The notes under the pieces were generated by a model. It was not told the origin of the DNA. It worked only from the letters and a program-made list of their open reading frames with translations, and did no database searches. A stretch of DNA of 64,000 nt from the NCBI RefSeq assembly GCF_009914755.1, contig NC_060936.1; one strand, given 5' to 3'. The DNA comes from the human T2T-CHM13v2.0 reference genome, Homo sapiens. Of this stretch, positions 42,758 through 60,990 are shown one piece after another. The position numbers and the translations under genes are program-made. Positions within the stretch are counted from its first letter, which is position 1. Each line of letters opens with the position of its first letter.

Positions 42758-42766
42758 TTTAAAAAA

Positions 42767-47495
<4,729 letters not shown>

Positions 47496-48050
47496 TGACG
47501 ATTTCCATCTTTGAACTGGAAATTTAATCCATGTATACTTATTGTAATTACTGATATATCTGTTTTTATTGCTTTGGTTATTATTTCACTTTGTTCCAAT
47601 TTTTGTGTTTTTTAAAATATGCTTTTTACTTAAGAAAATAGACATCTATATCTTCCCCTAATCAAGGTAAGAATTCTACATACTCTTAGAATCATAAAAC
47701 TCTCTTCCTGCTTTCCTCCATCCCAATTCTACCATGTCAATATTATCTAGAAATTTAATTATAACTTATTTGGATAAAAGACATAGTGACAGATTCTTAA
47801 TGCTCAGGTTTTTGGTTTTGCTTTTGTTTTTGTTTTTAATCTGGATAGCAATAGTCACAATAATACCGTATTTTGTTTAATGCTGAATTCATTTAACTTT
47901 TGTATCTAACAAACATTTAAAAACATATACAATAATTTAAAGAATATTTTGTAACATACTTAAACCTACTAACGTATCAGCAACAGGGATTTAATTAGTT
48001 TTTGTTGTTGTTGCTGTTATCCTGTTATTTCTTCCTTCTTGGTTTTATAG

Positions 48051-48146
48051 CTTCTGCAAACAAGCTTCTCTTACTCTATGTCTCCACCAAATGAGGTACT
48101 TCTGCATCTACTTCTGCTCACAGAACTGCCTAGGTGGTCCACCAAG
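48051..48146 (+). ncRNA. Putative lncRNA internal exon, 96 nt
   Basis: Acceptor TTTCTTCCTTCTTGGTTTTATAG, donor AAG|GTGAGA. Confidence 0.4.
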
Positions 48147-48457
48147 GTGAGAAGATTCCTACTATGTCACCAGAGTATCTCTGGTTTTTGTGTTTAGACA
48201 ATGGATAATTTAATTTTTTGATGTCTTCTTTATGGAAGACACAGTGGATAAATGGGACAACATTTTAGAAGAGTTAGTCCAGAGCCTGAGCAGTTAAGCA
48301 GTGGCTGAACTGTCTCTTCTTTAGAAGGGTTTACGAACTTGAGAGGGAAAACACTGCAGTAGATTGCAAAGGATCTAACTGAAATTTAGTATTTCCTTAA
48401 GTTATAAATATAGTGTATTAGCTGTTCCTGCATAGAAAATAATCACAAACATCTTAG

Positions 48458-48742
<285 letters not shown>

Positions 48743-49179
48743 TGAGTAGCTGGGATTACAGGTACCACCATGCCCGTCCTTCTTTCTTATGCATCTATGT
48801 ATAGGTTGGCTGGAATAGGTCTTCAGATCTCAGGTAGGCTTCCTCATGCATTGAGGAACTGTTTAATCTAGAGTGGCCTCAGCTGGTTGATTCTGTCTTT
48901 TACTGCAGTTTTGTAGGTTGGCTAGGCAGTTCTGTGCCAAGTATCTTTCATCCTCCTTAGACCAGTGGGCTAGTCTGGGCATGCTTTTCCCATGGTAAAG
49001 GAAAATACATTAAGAGCCGTGAAAAAACATGAGGCCTCTTAAGTCCTAGGCTCAGAACTGGCATGTGATCACTTCTGACCATATTTATTTGGCCAAAGCA
49101 AGTTACATGGCTGAGTCCAAAGCCTGGGGTTGGAGGAATACATTCTACATTTGCAGAAGGAATTACCAAGTCACTAAGT

Positions 49180-49565
49180 AAAAAGTATGAATACAAAGGC
49201 AAAACTATGGAGACAGTAAACGAATCAGTGGTTGCCAGTGGAGTGAAGGTTGTGGGGGAAAGATAAACAGGCAGAGCCCAAGGGTTGTTAGGGCAGTGAA
49301 AATACTCTGTGTGATGCTATAATGCTATATATATTGTTATACGTTAGTTCAAACCCAGAGAACATACAACAGCAAGGGTGAACCCTAATGTAAACAATGA
49401 ACTTGGGTGATTACGATGTGTCAGTGTAGGTGCTTTGATTGTAACAAATGTACCTCTCTGGTGGGGGATGTTGATAATGGGGGAAACTAAACACATGTAG
49501 GGGCATGGAGTATATGGAATATCTTCCTTTTGAGTTTCTGTGAACCCAAAACTGCTCTAAAAAAA
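49180..49565 (+). mobile_element. L1MC 3' end
   Basis: AAAGGCAAAACTATGGAGACAGTAAA...CCCAAAACTGCTCTAAAAAA. Confidence 0.8.
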
Positions 49566-49576
49566 TAAGGTTTCCT

Positions 49577-49885
49577 GGCCCAGCATGGTGGCTCACACCT
49601 ATAATCCCAGTATTTTGGGAGGCCAAGGAGGGTGAATTGCTTGAGCCCAGGAGTTCAAGACCAGTCTGGGAAACATGGCTAAACCCTGTCTATACAAAAA
49701 AAGAAAAAAAAAATTAGCTGAGCGTAGTGGCACACACCTGTAATCCTAGCTACTCAGGAGGCTGAGGTGGGAGGATTGCTTGAGCACAGGAGGCTGAGGC
49801 TGCAGTGAACTGTCATCATGCCACTGTACTCTAGCCTGGGCAATAGTGAGACCCTGTCTCAAAAAATATAAATATATAAAATAAG
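49577..49885 (+). mobile_element. AluJ
   Basis: TTGAGCCCAGGAG, GGAGGATTGCTTGAG. Confidence 0.93.
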
Positions 49886-50142
49886 ATAAAGTCTTTACAA
49901 AATCTAAAAAGTGTGAATCAAGAAGCAGTGAAAAACTGGGGATACTAATTGAGTTTTCCACAAGAACATACTATGGAAGTTTAGGCAGTATCAATGGCTT
50001 TTCTGCCAATAGAAATCAAAGATATAGTGATATCACATTATAGTTGTTTCAGATGTCTCAAAATATTATTTTTGCTAATCACAACATTGATATTGGGATT
50101 GTTATTAAACCTGCAGTTAGACTGCCACCGATCAAGGTCTAC

Positions 50143-50231
50143 CTGTCTGCAGATACTCAATGATATAGTTGGTCAACAGTTGGGCAGCTCTCTGCCTAGC
50201 GGTTATTTGAGCACCAAACACTGAGGTCAAC
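50143..50231 (-). pseudogene. Fossil exon candidate, 89 nt
   Basis: Weak acceptor, donor CAG|GTAGAC; open frame LTSVFGAQITARQRAAQLLTNYIIEYLQT, in phase with the preceding exon. Confidence 0.45.
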
Positions 50232-50547
50232 CTAGACATCTATGTTGCTCTCTAGTATTCTTTTATCGGTATGTGAAGGTTTGTTTATTGCTATATGGAA
50301 AGAGGTAAGATAAGGACCATCCCAAAGTTTTAAGTTCATATTCAAATGAAGACCAACAGTCTTCATTTACACTGCTGTCTTTAAAAAATAAAATTTAACT
50401 TTAACTTGCCTATGCCTTTGGAATCTTTTATTTTACACATTTAAAAACATTATTCTGACAAGGCATTTCATAAGCTTCACCCAAGCACCAAAGGGTCCCA
50501 TGACACAAAGGGTTGAAAAAGCCTCTACTCTATACACTTATTATCAC

Positions 50548-50679
50548 CTAGCTCTTCTTAGAGACATGTTCTTTATACAAAGCAGCCTGCTACAGCTGTG
50601 TTATGGGCTGTGGAGCCAGAGTATTCAGTGGGCAGGAACGTGGCCTGACTCCTTACTGGACACACAGTGTGAGACATAC
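50548..50679 (-). pseudogene. Fossil exon candidate, 132 nt
   Basis: Acceptor TTTATTTTCCCTTAG, donor TAG|GTGATA; the phase 2-2 frame has two stops and ends ...LLCIKNMSLRRAR. Confidence 0.4.
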
Positions 50680-53045
50680 CTAAGGGAAAATAAATCTGGC
50701 AGAAGAGTGAATAGTAGTAGAGGCTGTGTGGTCTTCTTCCCCACCCTCACAGACAGATTCTCTTGCAGAGATAATCTTGTAAGTTTTGGGCTTTTTTTTT
50801 TTTTTGCCTGAAGTTTTTCTTTTAACAGACTGGTGTCAGAAATGGGATCTGAGGTAGAACCTTAGTGACTCCCAGGAGGACCAAGTGACCAAATGAAGGT
50901 ACCCACCAGGCCCAACTATGCCCATTGATCTCTTGTAGCAACTGAGATTGTGATTGAATTCTCTTTCAGATTTCAAGTTCCACAAACTTGTATTTTGAAC
51001 TTTCTGAGTTTATTTGGACATTTTAAAATTTGGACTGGGCTTGGAAGTCATGACAGAAATAGGACTGGTTTCTGTAGGGAGGCCTCAGGTGTCTGACTGG
51101 GTCAGAAAGAAACTGAACTGGGTTCAGTAGGTAGGTGAGGTTACCATAAGACAGAGAATCATAGGTTCCTCTGGATCCAAGGAGTCTAGAACTCCTGCAT
51201 CTGGAACTCCAGCCAATTTAATATATAAGAACTCTGGACCCAGAACTGTACTTTTCTTAAAAAAAAAAAAAAAGGATAAACCTTACCAAAGGTAACCTAG
51301 AGTTACAGTGGCCACAGTGGGAAAGTTTTAATCTAGACAAAATTGTTCACTTGTGAGCTGCATTAGAAAAGAGGATCCAAAATGCTTCAGAAACAAAGGA
51401 ATCCTTTTTTTTCTAAACTGGTACTCAGAGCCTTCCAAAAGATTAAATGAATACAAAATTGCCACTCTAAAAGACTCTTTACAAAAGGTGAACAGGCACA
51501 TGTCTTTATAGTAGCTATAACAGCTGTAGGGACCAAGAAGATCTCCTTGTATATGTTTTAAACCAAAACCAAGGAGTCCCAGATGAAAGAACCCTGTGCC
51601 CTAAGACATTTGCCTTTATTATAAACTGCTAGACCATTGGAAAAGAAAGTATCAATTTTTACACCAGGCATCTGACGGACCCATTCCTTTTGGCTTGGAC
51701 TGATTCCCGACTAGAGGAAGCCTCTAAAGGCTTCACTCCTGAGACAATAATCAACTAATCTCTCAGAAATTAAAAAAATAGAATATTTCTTTGGTAGGGA
51801 TTTAAAATCAAGTCTTAAAGATCCTCATATTTAATTGACTATTTCCAGAAAAATACTTGTAAGAATTATTGGTCTCTGTTTTTTTCTATTTGATCTCATG
51901 GAAACCTCTCTCTCCGTTGGGAACTTCTCCGTTGATTAAAACCCCTCTTCTCAAACCCCTGCTGACTATATGATCTGCCAACTCTGTCTACCTCTTTCTT
52001 GTTGTCATGATCTTTGGTATGCCCCAAAACTCTTTCTTGGAAAACAACAACAACAACAACAACAACAAGACAACTGATTGCTTTGTCATTCAATCTTGAA
52101 AACAAACAAACAAACAAGAAAATAACAAAGCAGTCTCTAACAATAAGGCAAGATTAGAAGTATCCATTTGAGTCCAGGCATACAAAATGCTTGTCCCTAG
52201 ACTTCCATGGGCTCCACCCACTCAATATTCTAGCAAAAAGACACAAACTTTGTTTTTGGGAAAGAATGGATAGGCCCTTGGAAGAATAGATGGTGGTTTG
52301 TGACAAAGTCAGTCTATGATGGACTTCTGGCCTCCTCTCCTGTGATTTTGGGAATTTCTACATGGACCCTTTGGAAGTTTCCATCTGAAAACTTCTCCTT
52401 GTAGAGAGAGAGATATTAAACTAATTGGGCTTATTTTATGTATTAAATTATATGGGAAGCATTGTCAAATAATGCTAAACCTCCATTGAGTTATATTTGT
52501 ATGATTATTTTATTAATATGTGCTTCAGAAATTCTATGAAATTCATAGAAATCTAATAGTCCTGGTGTAACACTATCAGTCTTAATTCTAGTTGTTATCT
52601 TAAAATGTTGTATGCAGCAATAACCAAATTTCCTTGTCAATTGCATAATCATTGTAATTAACTCTCATTAGTTCTTTAAAAATGGCCACTTAAATTATGT
52701 GTTTTTGTCATTCACAGAAGGAAAATTGTTTACTCTGGTATCTTCCTAAGAAACTGTACACTTAAATTGTTTTGTCTTCAAGGAGATTCATAGAAAGGAC
52801 TCTAACAAGTTTCTGATAACTTTAAGATTATACCATTAAACTAGGTAAGAATTTCCAGAACTCTAATGAAGAATCTGGTTCATAAAACTGCTAATCCAAC
52901 ATCAAGCAGAACAATAATTAATTAAATGCCAAGGAAATTCTTTGGCAGATTTTCATGCTAAATCAGCCAGTACTGAAATTGTTATGATATGCAATTTAAA
53001 TGAACAACGTAAGACTGATCCAAGTCAAATTACATCTCTGATAAT

Positions 53046-53344
53046 ATTTATTTATTTATTTGAGATGGAGTCTCGCTCTGTTGCCCAAGGCTAGAGTACA
53101 GTGGCGCCGATCTTTGCTCACTGCAACCTCCACCTCCTGGGTTCAAGTGATGCTCCTGCCTCAGCCTCCTGAGTAGCTGGGGTTATAGGCGCATGCCACT
53201 ATGCCTGGCTAATTTTGTATTCTTAGTAGAGATGGGGTTTCATCATGTTGGCCAGGCTGGTCTTGAACTCCTGGCCTCAAGTGATCTGCCTGCCTCGGCC
53301 TCCCAAAGTGCTGGGATTACAGGCCTGAGCCACCGCATCCAGCC
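53046..53344 (-). mobile_element. AluS inserted in the ERV
   Basis: Dimer; TSD TGATAA. Confidence 0.95.
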
Positions 53345-55215
53345 TGATAACCTATTTAATAAACAGTGCTGTATACCTGAATTGGAGAAACAGAATTGGT
53401 ATTTAAGAGGATGTAAATCCAATATTAAGCATAATCTACTGGAGAGCTTGGATGGCCATCTGGTCCTTCCTGAGTCCTTAAAGCTTTCATTATTAAAAGT
53501 TCTGCACTCTATAACTCATCATGGAGTAGACAAAATGATCCAAATTATGGAAAATTATTGGTGTGGCGACTGTTCAAAAATTGCTAAAATGGTTTATAAC
53601 CAATGTTTGGTCTGTCAAATCCATAATCCCAAGAAGACAAAAAAACATTCAGATGGTAAATTTCTGCTACCTGATGGGCCATTTGAACATTTATAAAGGA
53701 ATTTTATCCATTTGTCACCTTCCATGGGATATGAATATATTCTTGCAATGGTCTATGTTCTCTGGTCACATAGAAGCTTTCTATACAGGAAGGCCAATAT
53801 TATAACAGTAGCTAAAAGATGATCAGAAACATGTTTCCTTTATATTCCTGGAGAAATCTCCAGCAATAGAGGTACCCATTTTGCTAGAAAAGTTATAAAG
53901 CAAATAAGGTGTTATGAACACAATGGCATTATCATTGTCCCTATTACCCTTGGTCTTCTGGAAAGGTTAAAAGGAAAAATGGCATCTTAAAACTGAAATT
54001 GGGAAAGTTAACTAAATAGATTGGATTGCCTTAGCTAAAGGTATTACTATTGGCCTTGATGGCAATCAGATCCACCCCCAGTGGAAAACATACATTGATC
54101 CCTTATGAAATAGTCAATGGAAGGTCTAGGCCCCTAATAATAGGACCTCTCCATCTCCTAAACTCTGATATGACTAAATGCTTCAAGGTTTTAATTTTTA
54201 AAGCAAAGTGTATTTTCAGCAGGTAAAGGAAGATTTTCATGATTCACTGACTGAGGACAATCAAATTCTTCACCACGTAGAACCTAGACATTGGGTCTTT
54301 GGAAAGGACATCAGAGAAAGACTGCCATTAAGCTCCATTGGAAGAGACCATATCAAGTTCTTTTCTGCAGCAAACCATCAGGCTCTCAAGTCTTGGATCT
54401 ATGTCTCTCAACTCAAAAGAGCTCCTCCAGACTCCTGGAACTGTATACCTATTGGAGACTCTAAGGTAAAGCTCACCAGGGAAGATTTCCCCCAGGAGCA
54501 GTTGGCATCCTAGACTTCAACAGCTTTCGTAAGATTGTGGATCAAGACTTCTCTGCCATCATGAAAGTCTTATCTTTTCCCTTTCTTCCCAATTTCCTGC
54601 TGTCCCAGTCCCTTTCTTTTACTTATAGGAAAATCCATGGGGCCATAATCTGTGGATGGCTTTAGCTAAGTCTTATGCTGTAGTGAAAAAACAGAGCAAT
54701 TGTTGGGTTTATGAAGATAAGCTAGTTTCTACTGAGGAAAGATTCCAGTGGCATTCCTGGGGGCTCAGTCTTGGTACTAGCAGGGTACTGGTAGTATGGA
54801 ATTTGAAAGTAATCCATAAAATGAGAAAAATCTTGGGTTTGACCAACCAGTCCCCACAGAGGTTCAGGTGAGTAGAAGTCATCTTTTGAAAACACTTAAT
54901 AAAACATCATGCAGTTTTGGATCCTGTTTCCTTAGACACTGCCACCAAATACATAAAGGAAATTTCTCAGAGGAAAGAAACATATGACATGTTCATAGGA
55001 GCAGCAAACCATTGGTTTGCAGGTAGGCTTGGCTTTTCCAAGGTGTTCTAACCTTTATGCTCTTCTAATGGTTCTCCAGATTACTATGACTTGTGTTAAC
55101 AAGATAATGACAACATTGGATACCTCTTTAAATCAGCAAACTGCAGTTCTTAATCATTATCACCTCCTGAACAAAAACCATGACCAACGGTACTCAAATG
55201 CTTTTGAGCTGCCTG

Positions 55216-55677
55216 TAAGGGAGGAGACCACCCCTCATATTGTCTTATGCCCAATTTCTGCCTCCAAATAAAGAAGAAGTAAAAACTAAAAGGCAGAAAC
55301 GAAATCCACAAGCAGACAGCCCGGTGCCACACCCTGGGCCTGGTAGTTAAAGATCGATGCCTGACCTAATCAGTTATGTTATCTATAGATTACAGATATC
55401 GTATAGGAAAGCACTGTGAAAATCCCTGTCCTGTTTTGTTCCGATCTAATTACCAGTGCATGCAACCCCCAGTCATGTACCCCTGGCTTGCTCAATCGAT
55501 CACAACCCTCTCAAGTGGACCCCCTTAGAGTTGTGAGCCCTTAAAAGGGGCAGGAATTGCTCACTCAGGGAGCTCAGCTCTTGAGACAGGAGTCTTGCCA
55601 ATGCTCCCGGCCGAATAAACTGCTTCCTTCTTTAACTCGGTGTCTGAGGGGTTTTGTCTGCATCTTGTCCTGCTACA
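55216..55677 (+). mobile_element. Solo LTR2 (HERV-E/Harlequin) nested in the ERV env region
   Basis: TAAGGGAGGAGACCACCCCTCATATTG...TCCTGCTACA; TSD CCTG/CCTA. Confidence 0.92.
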
Positions 55678-56443
55678 CCTATATTGCCTGAACTTTGATT
55701 TGGGTCAAATTGATTTGGTTGGCAGAGGCTCCTGTTAGAGAGTACACCTCAGGCTTTTGGAATTTTTGGTGTTGTCCTTCTGATAGTCATCATAGTAGCT
55801 CCCCTGGTGTACCATATCCTCTCAAGTCTTAAATATTTGTATGCAGCCATCCACTGAGTGTTGAGTGGTCTCACTTTGACTTGATCATCAAGAACATAAA
55901 GAATTATTCAACTGGTGTGATGTCATGACTTGTGAATTTCATGCTGAGACCAAATAAGTTTGTTTATGATGGTGACAGAGAGTGGTATCAATGCCCCAGG
56001 TTTTGAGAGGTGGCATTGTTAAACTAAATTTGGGGGGATTGTTAAACTAAATTTGACCTGAGAATGCCTCCATACCTGAGTCCTTACTAATGAAATGCAA
56101 TGTAACTTAGTACTCACACTAACTGAAAACCTGGCTTAGGCATATACTTTTGTCACAAATGAGTCACAGCCAATCACAGCAGCTGAGCTTCAGTCAGTCA
56201 CAGGCAGCCAACTCAAAACACCATGTTCACATAAAGCAAATGCTGAATAAGGCAAACACCAGCTGTAATCAATGGAGCTCTGTACCTCACTTCCATCTTC
56301 TGTTCATAAATGCTATCTGACCACATTGCAGGCCAAAGTTTTTCTGAACTTGTTCTAGTTTTGAGGGCTGCCCAATTCGTGAATTGTTCTTTGTTCAATT
56401 AGACCCTGTTAAATTTAATTTGTCTGAAGTTTTCCTTTTAGCA

Positions 56444-56579
56444 ACTGAAGCATGCAGCAGCTCTGACATCATTAGGCAATTGCAATTCTCTTTCCTGCAG
56501 AGCTAAGACTCTGCCTCCTGCCTGATTCTCAAAGCAGAGCTCCAGGGAGCAGCAACACTAATTGTACAGGGCTGGCACA
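56444..56579 (-). pseudogene. Fossil exon candidate truncated by the MER57 LTR
   Basis: Acceptor GGTTTTCTCTAG; no convincing donor before the sequence runs into the LTR end at 56443. Confidence 0.35.
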
Positions 56580-57453
56580 CTAGAGAAAACCGATTTGCTA
56601 CCCCAGCTTTAGGGCTTTTTCTAACTTCCCTCCAAAAGGAAATATACTAGTGCCCTGCTCACTCCCTGAGGTACTGTCTTCGCTAAGGTATGATGCTTGT
56701 TCATGGATTAATGTGTTTTCCCTCCAGGTATATGTTTCTATTTAAAATGCAGAGAGTGTTTTAATGTGGAGGAATGACCCTAATGATAGAAGTTTTAATA
56801 AGTCAAATGAGCGGAAAGGCAAGACAATATAACAAAAAGAGCACCAGTTTTGGCATAGCAGGCACTCAATAAATGTAAGTTCCACTTCTTTCCTTGTGCT
56901 GAGTGTCTCCTAATTACCTAGCACTATGGTAAATGCCCAAGAAACTCTAAGATATAAACTTTTGGTTTAAGAAGGCTTTATTTGTACTGATGAGATGATA
57001 TGAGAAAATACTTTCTTTTTCTCTAAATACTATTACATTGTAGGCAGCAGACTGGCCAATACAATTAATTAAACTTTAGAAAGAAAAGATAAAGCCAGTC
57101 ATCTGCTATGTAGTCTATGCAGTCCCAAAACAGCAGCTGAGTTTTTTTCACGGAACTCTTCTGGGTATTGGAAGGCAGACTAAATACTTTACTTGCTGCC
57201 CAGCAACACGAAGATGGAAAACACATCTTTTGATTAATTAAAAGCAAAAGGTTGGAACTACTTACCTTTCCATTCTTTAATTAACAAAGCCCACAGGCCA
57301 CATGAGGAAGTAATAACACTCATTATGTTGTGATGAAGGACTGTGATGATGAGTTAAGTCAGATGGGACTCCAGGCACGATTCCCTTCAAGGCTTCCCCA
57401 AGACGTGCCCCGAATGTAGACAGATCCTTACTTGTTGAAGAACTGTATCTCAC

Positions 57454-57489
57454 CAGTGCTGGCATATGCTTCTTCAGAGAGTGCATTCC
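57454..57489 (-). pseudogene. Fossil mini-exon candidate, 36 nt
   Basis: Acceptor CTTTTCTTTCCCTTGCAAAAG, donor CTG|GTGAGA; continues the previous exon in phase 1 as (G)NALSEEAYAST. Confidence 0.5.
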
Positions 57490-57842
57490 CTTTTGCAAGG
57501 GAAAGAAAAGTCCTTAAAACAAAAGGTTATATTTTAATTAAGCCTAGGCATCCCTTCTGCAATTTCCTTTGTTGAAAGAATACCTCCTTTGATTTGTATC
57601 TGTTGGTGTTAGTCTTTGGAATAAAAAAAGATTGATCCCTTCCAGGCAGAACTGTCCCAACTGAATGATCAAAAGCCTTGCTAGCTGACATACAAACCAA
57701 CAAATTATTTTCTTTTTCTCCCTTAAATCTCCCAGGAAGCACCTTTTGAAAGATAGTCTTCATTCCCCAGGCTTTGCTCACCATCCTTCATGCCAGTGGG
57801 TGGTCTCAAGGAATTTGAGGAAATGGCAAACACTCATTCTAC

Positions 57843-57927
57843 CTGCAGGTGGAAGCCTGACCTCCTGCCTTTCAACTTCCTCCAGAATCCTTGGAGGGTT
57901 TTTTCTTTTCTTGTCACCAAGGCACCG
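57843..57927 (-). pseudogene. Fossil exon candidate, 85 nt
   Basis: CTAAC branch-like motif plus TTTCAG acceptor, donor CAG|GTAGAA; open frame RCLGDKKRKNPPRILEEVERQEVRLPPA, phase 0 to 1. Confidence 0.5.
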
Positions 57928-58745
57928 CTGAAATCTGTTAGTCAAATAGCTTTCTACCCATGAGGAAAGTGAGCTTTGATATGTATTTGCTTCTCATTCA
58001 ACTATAGCAGCACCAGTTAAGATGCTGCCACCACATGAATGTAAACGAAAAATAAAACAGCAGGCTCAGTTTTCATTCTAAAGTCCACTCTCTGATGGGA
58101 ATAAGAAATAACTCAATAGCATTAGTATGGAACATTGGGTGTCAGGATTTTTGCCTTCATTTCCCATCTTTTTTTTGGAAATTAAACTCAGTACCTCTAT
58201 TATCTTTAAGAATCAGGGATAGTGATGATATTTTTCCCCCAAGAAAGAAAATAAGGGCCTATAAAAATGCTCTTTTTAATGCTCTCAAGGGGAAATGCTG
58301 AATTGAGAAGCAATTGGGTTTTCTAGAAGTCCAACAAACGTACTTTTTAAAGTGGTTCTCTGATGGAATACCTATAGAAAAACCTTGCTTCTTCATGTGA
58401 AGGTTTGCATTCACCAAGTCTGATTGTGTAATAGAGGTTACCCTTTTTAAATTAAATGAATTCTAAACAAAGTTTTACTTACATTTCCATTTTTGCTTTT
58501 TAAGAATGGAGTGATTGAGTCTTTTTAGGAAATGTATACACTTTGTGGCTAACTTTGCATGCCACATTGCAGCATGCTGTAAGTTTTATAGCTCTTGAAA
58601 TACCATGTTAGCAGTAGGAATGCTGATGCTTCTATGATTACAGTGGTCCAACTGCAATGCTATAATCTCTGTCACTGAAAAATCTCATGCTGCTAAAACC
58701 TTGAAGACGATCTGAATTGTAGATGGTTTTAAAACTAGCTGTAGG

Positions 58746-59755
58746 CAATCCCATTACTGGGCATATACCCAAAGGAATATAAATCATTCTATTATAGAGA
58801 TACATGCACACATATGTTCATTGCAGCATTATTCACAATAGCAAAGACATGGAATCAACCCAAATGCCCATCAATGATAGACTGGATAAAGAAAATGGGG
58901 TACATATACACCATGGAATACTAAGCAGGCATAAAAGGAATGAGATCATGTTGTTTGCAGGGACATGGATGGAGCTGGAAGCCACTATCCTCAGCAAACT
59001 CACAAAGGAACAGAAAACCAAATACTATGTGTTGTCATTTATAAGTGGGAGCTGAACAATGAGAACACATGGACACATGGGGGAAACAACATACACTGGG
59101 GCCTGTCAGGGGAGGGGTGTGTGGGGAGGGAAAGCCTTGAGAAGAATAGCTAATACATATTGGGCTTAATACCTGGGTGATGGTAAGGGAGAAAACCACC
59201 CCTCATATTGTCTTATGCCCAGTTTCTGCCTCCAAAGAAATAAGAAGTAAAAACTAAAAGGCAGAAATGGAATCCACAGGCAGACAGCCCAGCACTGCGC
59301 CCTGGGCCTGGTAGTCAAAAATCAACCCCTGACCTAACTGCTTGTGTTATCTATAGATTTCAGACATTGTATGGAAAAGCATCATGAAAATCCCTGTCCT
59401 GTTCTGTTCCTTTCTGATTACTGGTGCATACAGCCCCCAGTCACGTACTCCCTGCTTGCTCAATCGATCACGACCCTCTCATGCAGACCCTCTTAGAGTT
59501 GTAAGCCCTTAAAAGGGACAGGAATTGCTCACTCAGGGAGCTCGGTTTTTGAGACGTGAGTCCACCGATTCTCCCAGCTGAATAAAGCCCTTCCTTCTTT
59601 AACTCGGTGTCTGAGGGGTTTTGTCTGCGGCTCATCCTGCTACAATGGGATGATCTGTGCAGTGAATTGCTGTGGCACACATTTACCTATGTAACAAACC
59701 TGCATATCCTGCCTATGTGCCCTGGAACTGAAAATAAAAGTCGATTAAAAAAAAA
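58746..59755 (+). mobile_element. 5'-truncated older L1PA 3' end
   Basis: TSD AAAACTAGCT(G/A)TAGG; poly(A). Confidence 0.92.
59184..59644 (+). mobile_element. Solo LTR2 nested in the L1 3'UTR
   Basis: Same LTR2 body; perfect TSD ATGG. Confidence 0.93.
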
Positions 59756-60457
59756 AAAACTAGCTATAGGAAACCATCCCAAATTCAATGGTGTCAATGC
59801 CTGTTTTCCTCAACTTGGTTTAGCTGCAGGTATGGAAACCTTCCAGATATACTTTCTGCTTCTTTTAGATCTTGAGACACTCTGGTAGGATGTGAGGAGC
59901 ACTATCTCAGGCAAGAGGCAGGTGGGATCTGAAACTTGAAATCCCTCTTTAAATCTAGTATCTTTCGTGCGTAATGTGAGCCTGGGCTGACGCGCCCCAA
60001 TACAAGTCACCACTAAGTCTTTCCTGGTTTATTGGTATTACCTTCTATTAAATCTTCCCAAATTTACTCCGACACTCCTCCAGTTCATTTTCACACAACA
60101 TGCAGAGTGATCTTTCCAAAATGGCAACCTGATTATGTCTTCTTGTGAGAAGCATATGCCAAGACAGGATTAGATATGCAAGGAATTTGGTGGGGAGGGA
60201 GGAGAGGGAGCTGAAGGAGATGAGGGAAGACTTTACTCAGAGATGCTGGTCGGACCCCTGTGAGGGAGAGAGGGAAGGAAGGAAGGAAGATTGGATAGGA
60301 AGAGTCTCAAGCTGCAGTGTAGTTCTAAAAATGTTTCATGTTCCTAATTCTAGTTTCATCTGAAATCTCTCCATCAGCTTCCGAGCTCCAGCTTTGTTGG
60401 TGATCTTTCAATTCTTGGAACTCTCCACACTCCATCTGACCCTAGGGTCTTTTCACG

Positions 60458-60752
60458 TCTTTTTTTTTTTTTTTTTTTCTGAGATGGAGCCTTGCTCTGT
60501 CACCTAGGCTGGAGTGCAGTGGCACAATCTTGGCTCACTGCTACCTCCACCTCCTGGGTTTGAGCGATTCTCCTGCCTCTCAGTCTCTGAGTAGCTGGGA
60601 TTACAGGCATGTGCCACCACACCTGGCTAATTTTTGTATTTTTAGTAGAGATGGGGTTTCACCATGTTGGCCAGGCTGGTCTTGAACTCCTGACCTCAGA
60701 TGATCTGTGCTCCTCAGCCTCCCAAAGTGCTGGGATTACAGGCATGAGCCAT
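60458..60752 (-). mobile_element. AluS
   Basis: Dimer with poly(T) head. Confidence 0.93.
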
Positions 60753-60841
60753 CTTATTTTATTTGACTGGAATACTTTCCTCTTCAACTCTCAAAGACAA
60801 ATAACAACTAGTCCCTGCCTTCAGTGAGTTTTCAGTTTATA

Positions 60842-60990
60842 CTGTTGGTTCTCAACCTTGGTTGCCTATTAGAATCACATGGGGAGCTTTAGAAAATTCT
60901 GATGTCTAGGCCACTGTCCAAATAAATTAAATCAGATACGCTGGAGATAGCAGGCTTCAGTAGGTTTTAAAGCTCAACAGGAATGTTGCA
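60842..60990. mobile_element. MER5A-like
   Basis: GGTTCTCAACCTTGG...TTAGAATCACATGGGGAGCTTT. Confidence 0.7.

Larger units (their letters stand above)
50803..56443 (+). mobile_element. Decayed MER57-type ERV1 provirus (5' LTR remnant, PBS, gag/integrase/env remnants, 3' LTR 56040-56443)
   Basis: PBS TGGTGTCAGAAATGGGAT; integrase HHCC motif HSITHHG...CLVCQIHN; SWIYVSQLKRAP; env-like SNCWV; LTR TGTTAAACTAAATTTG...TTTTAGCA. Confidence 0.85.

Noticed and set aside
54560-55900. ERV env as a captured syncytin-like gene
   Set aside because: Fragmented, with many stops, and interrupted by LTR2.
55216-59644. The two LTR2 copies as the ends of one provirus
   Set aside because: Different TSDs, and the intervening DNA is MER57, unique and L1 sequence, not HERV-E internal sequence.
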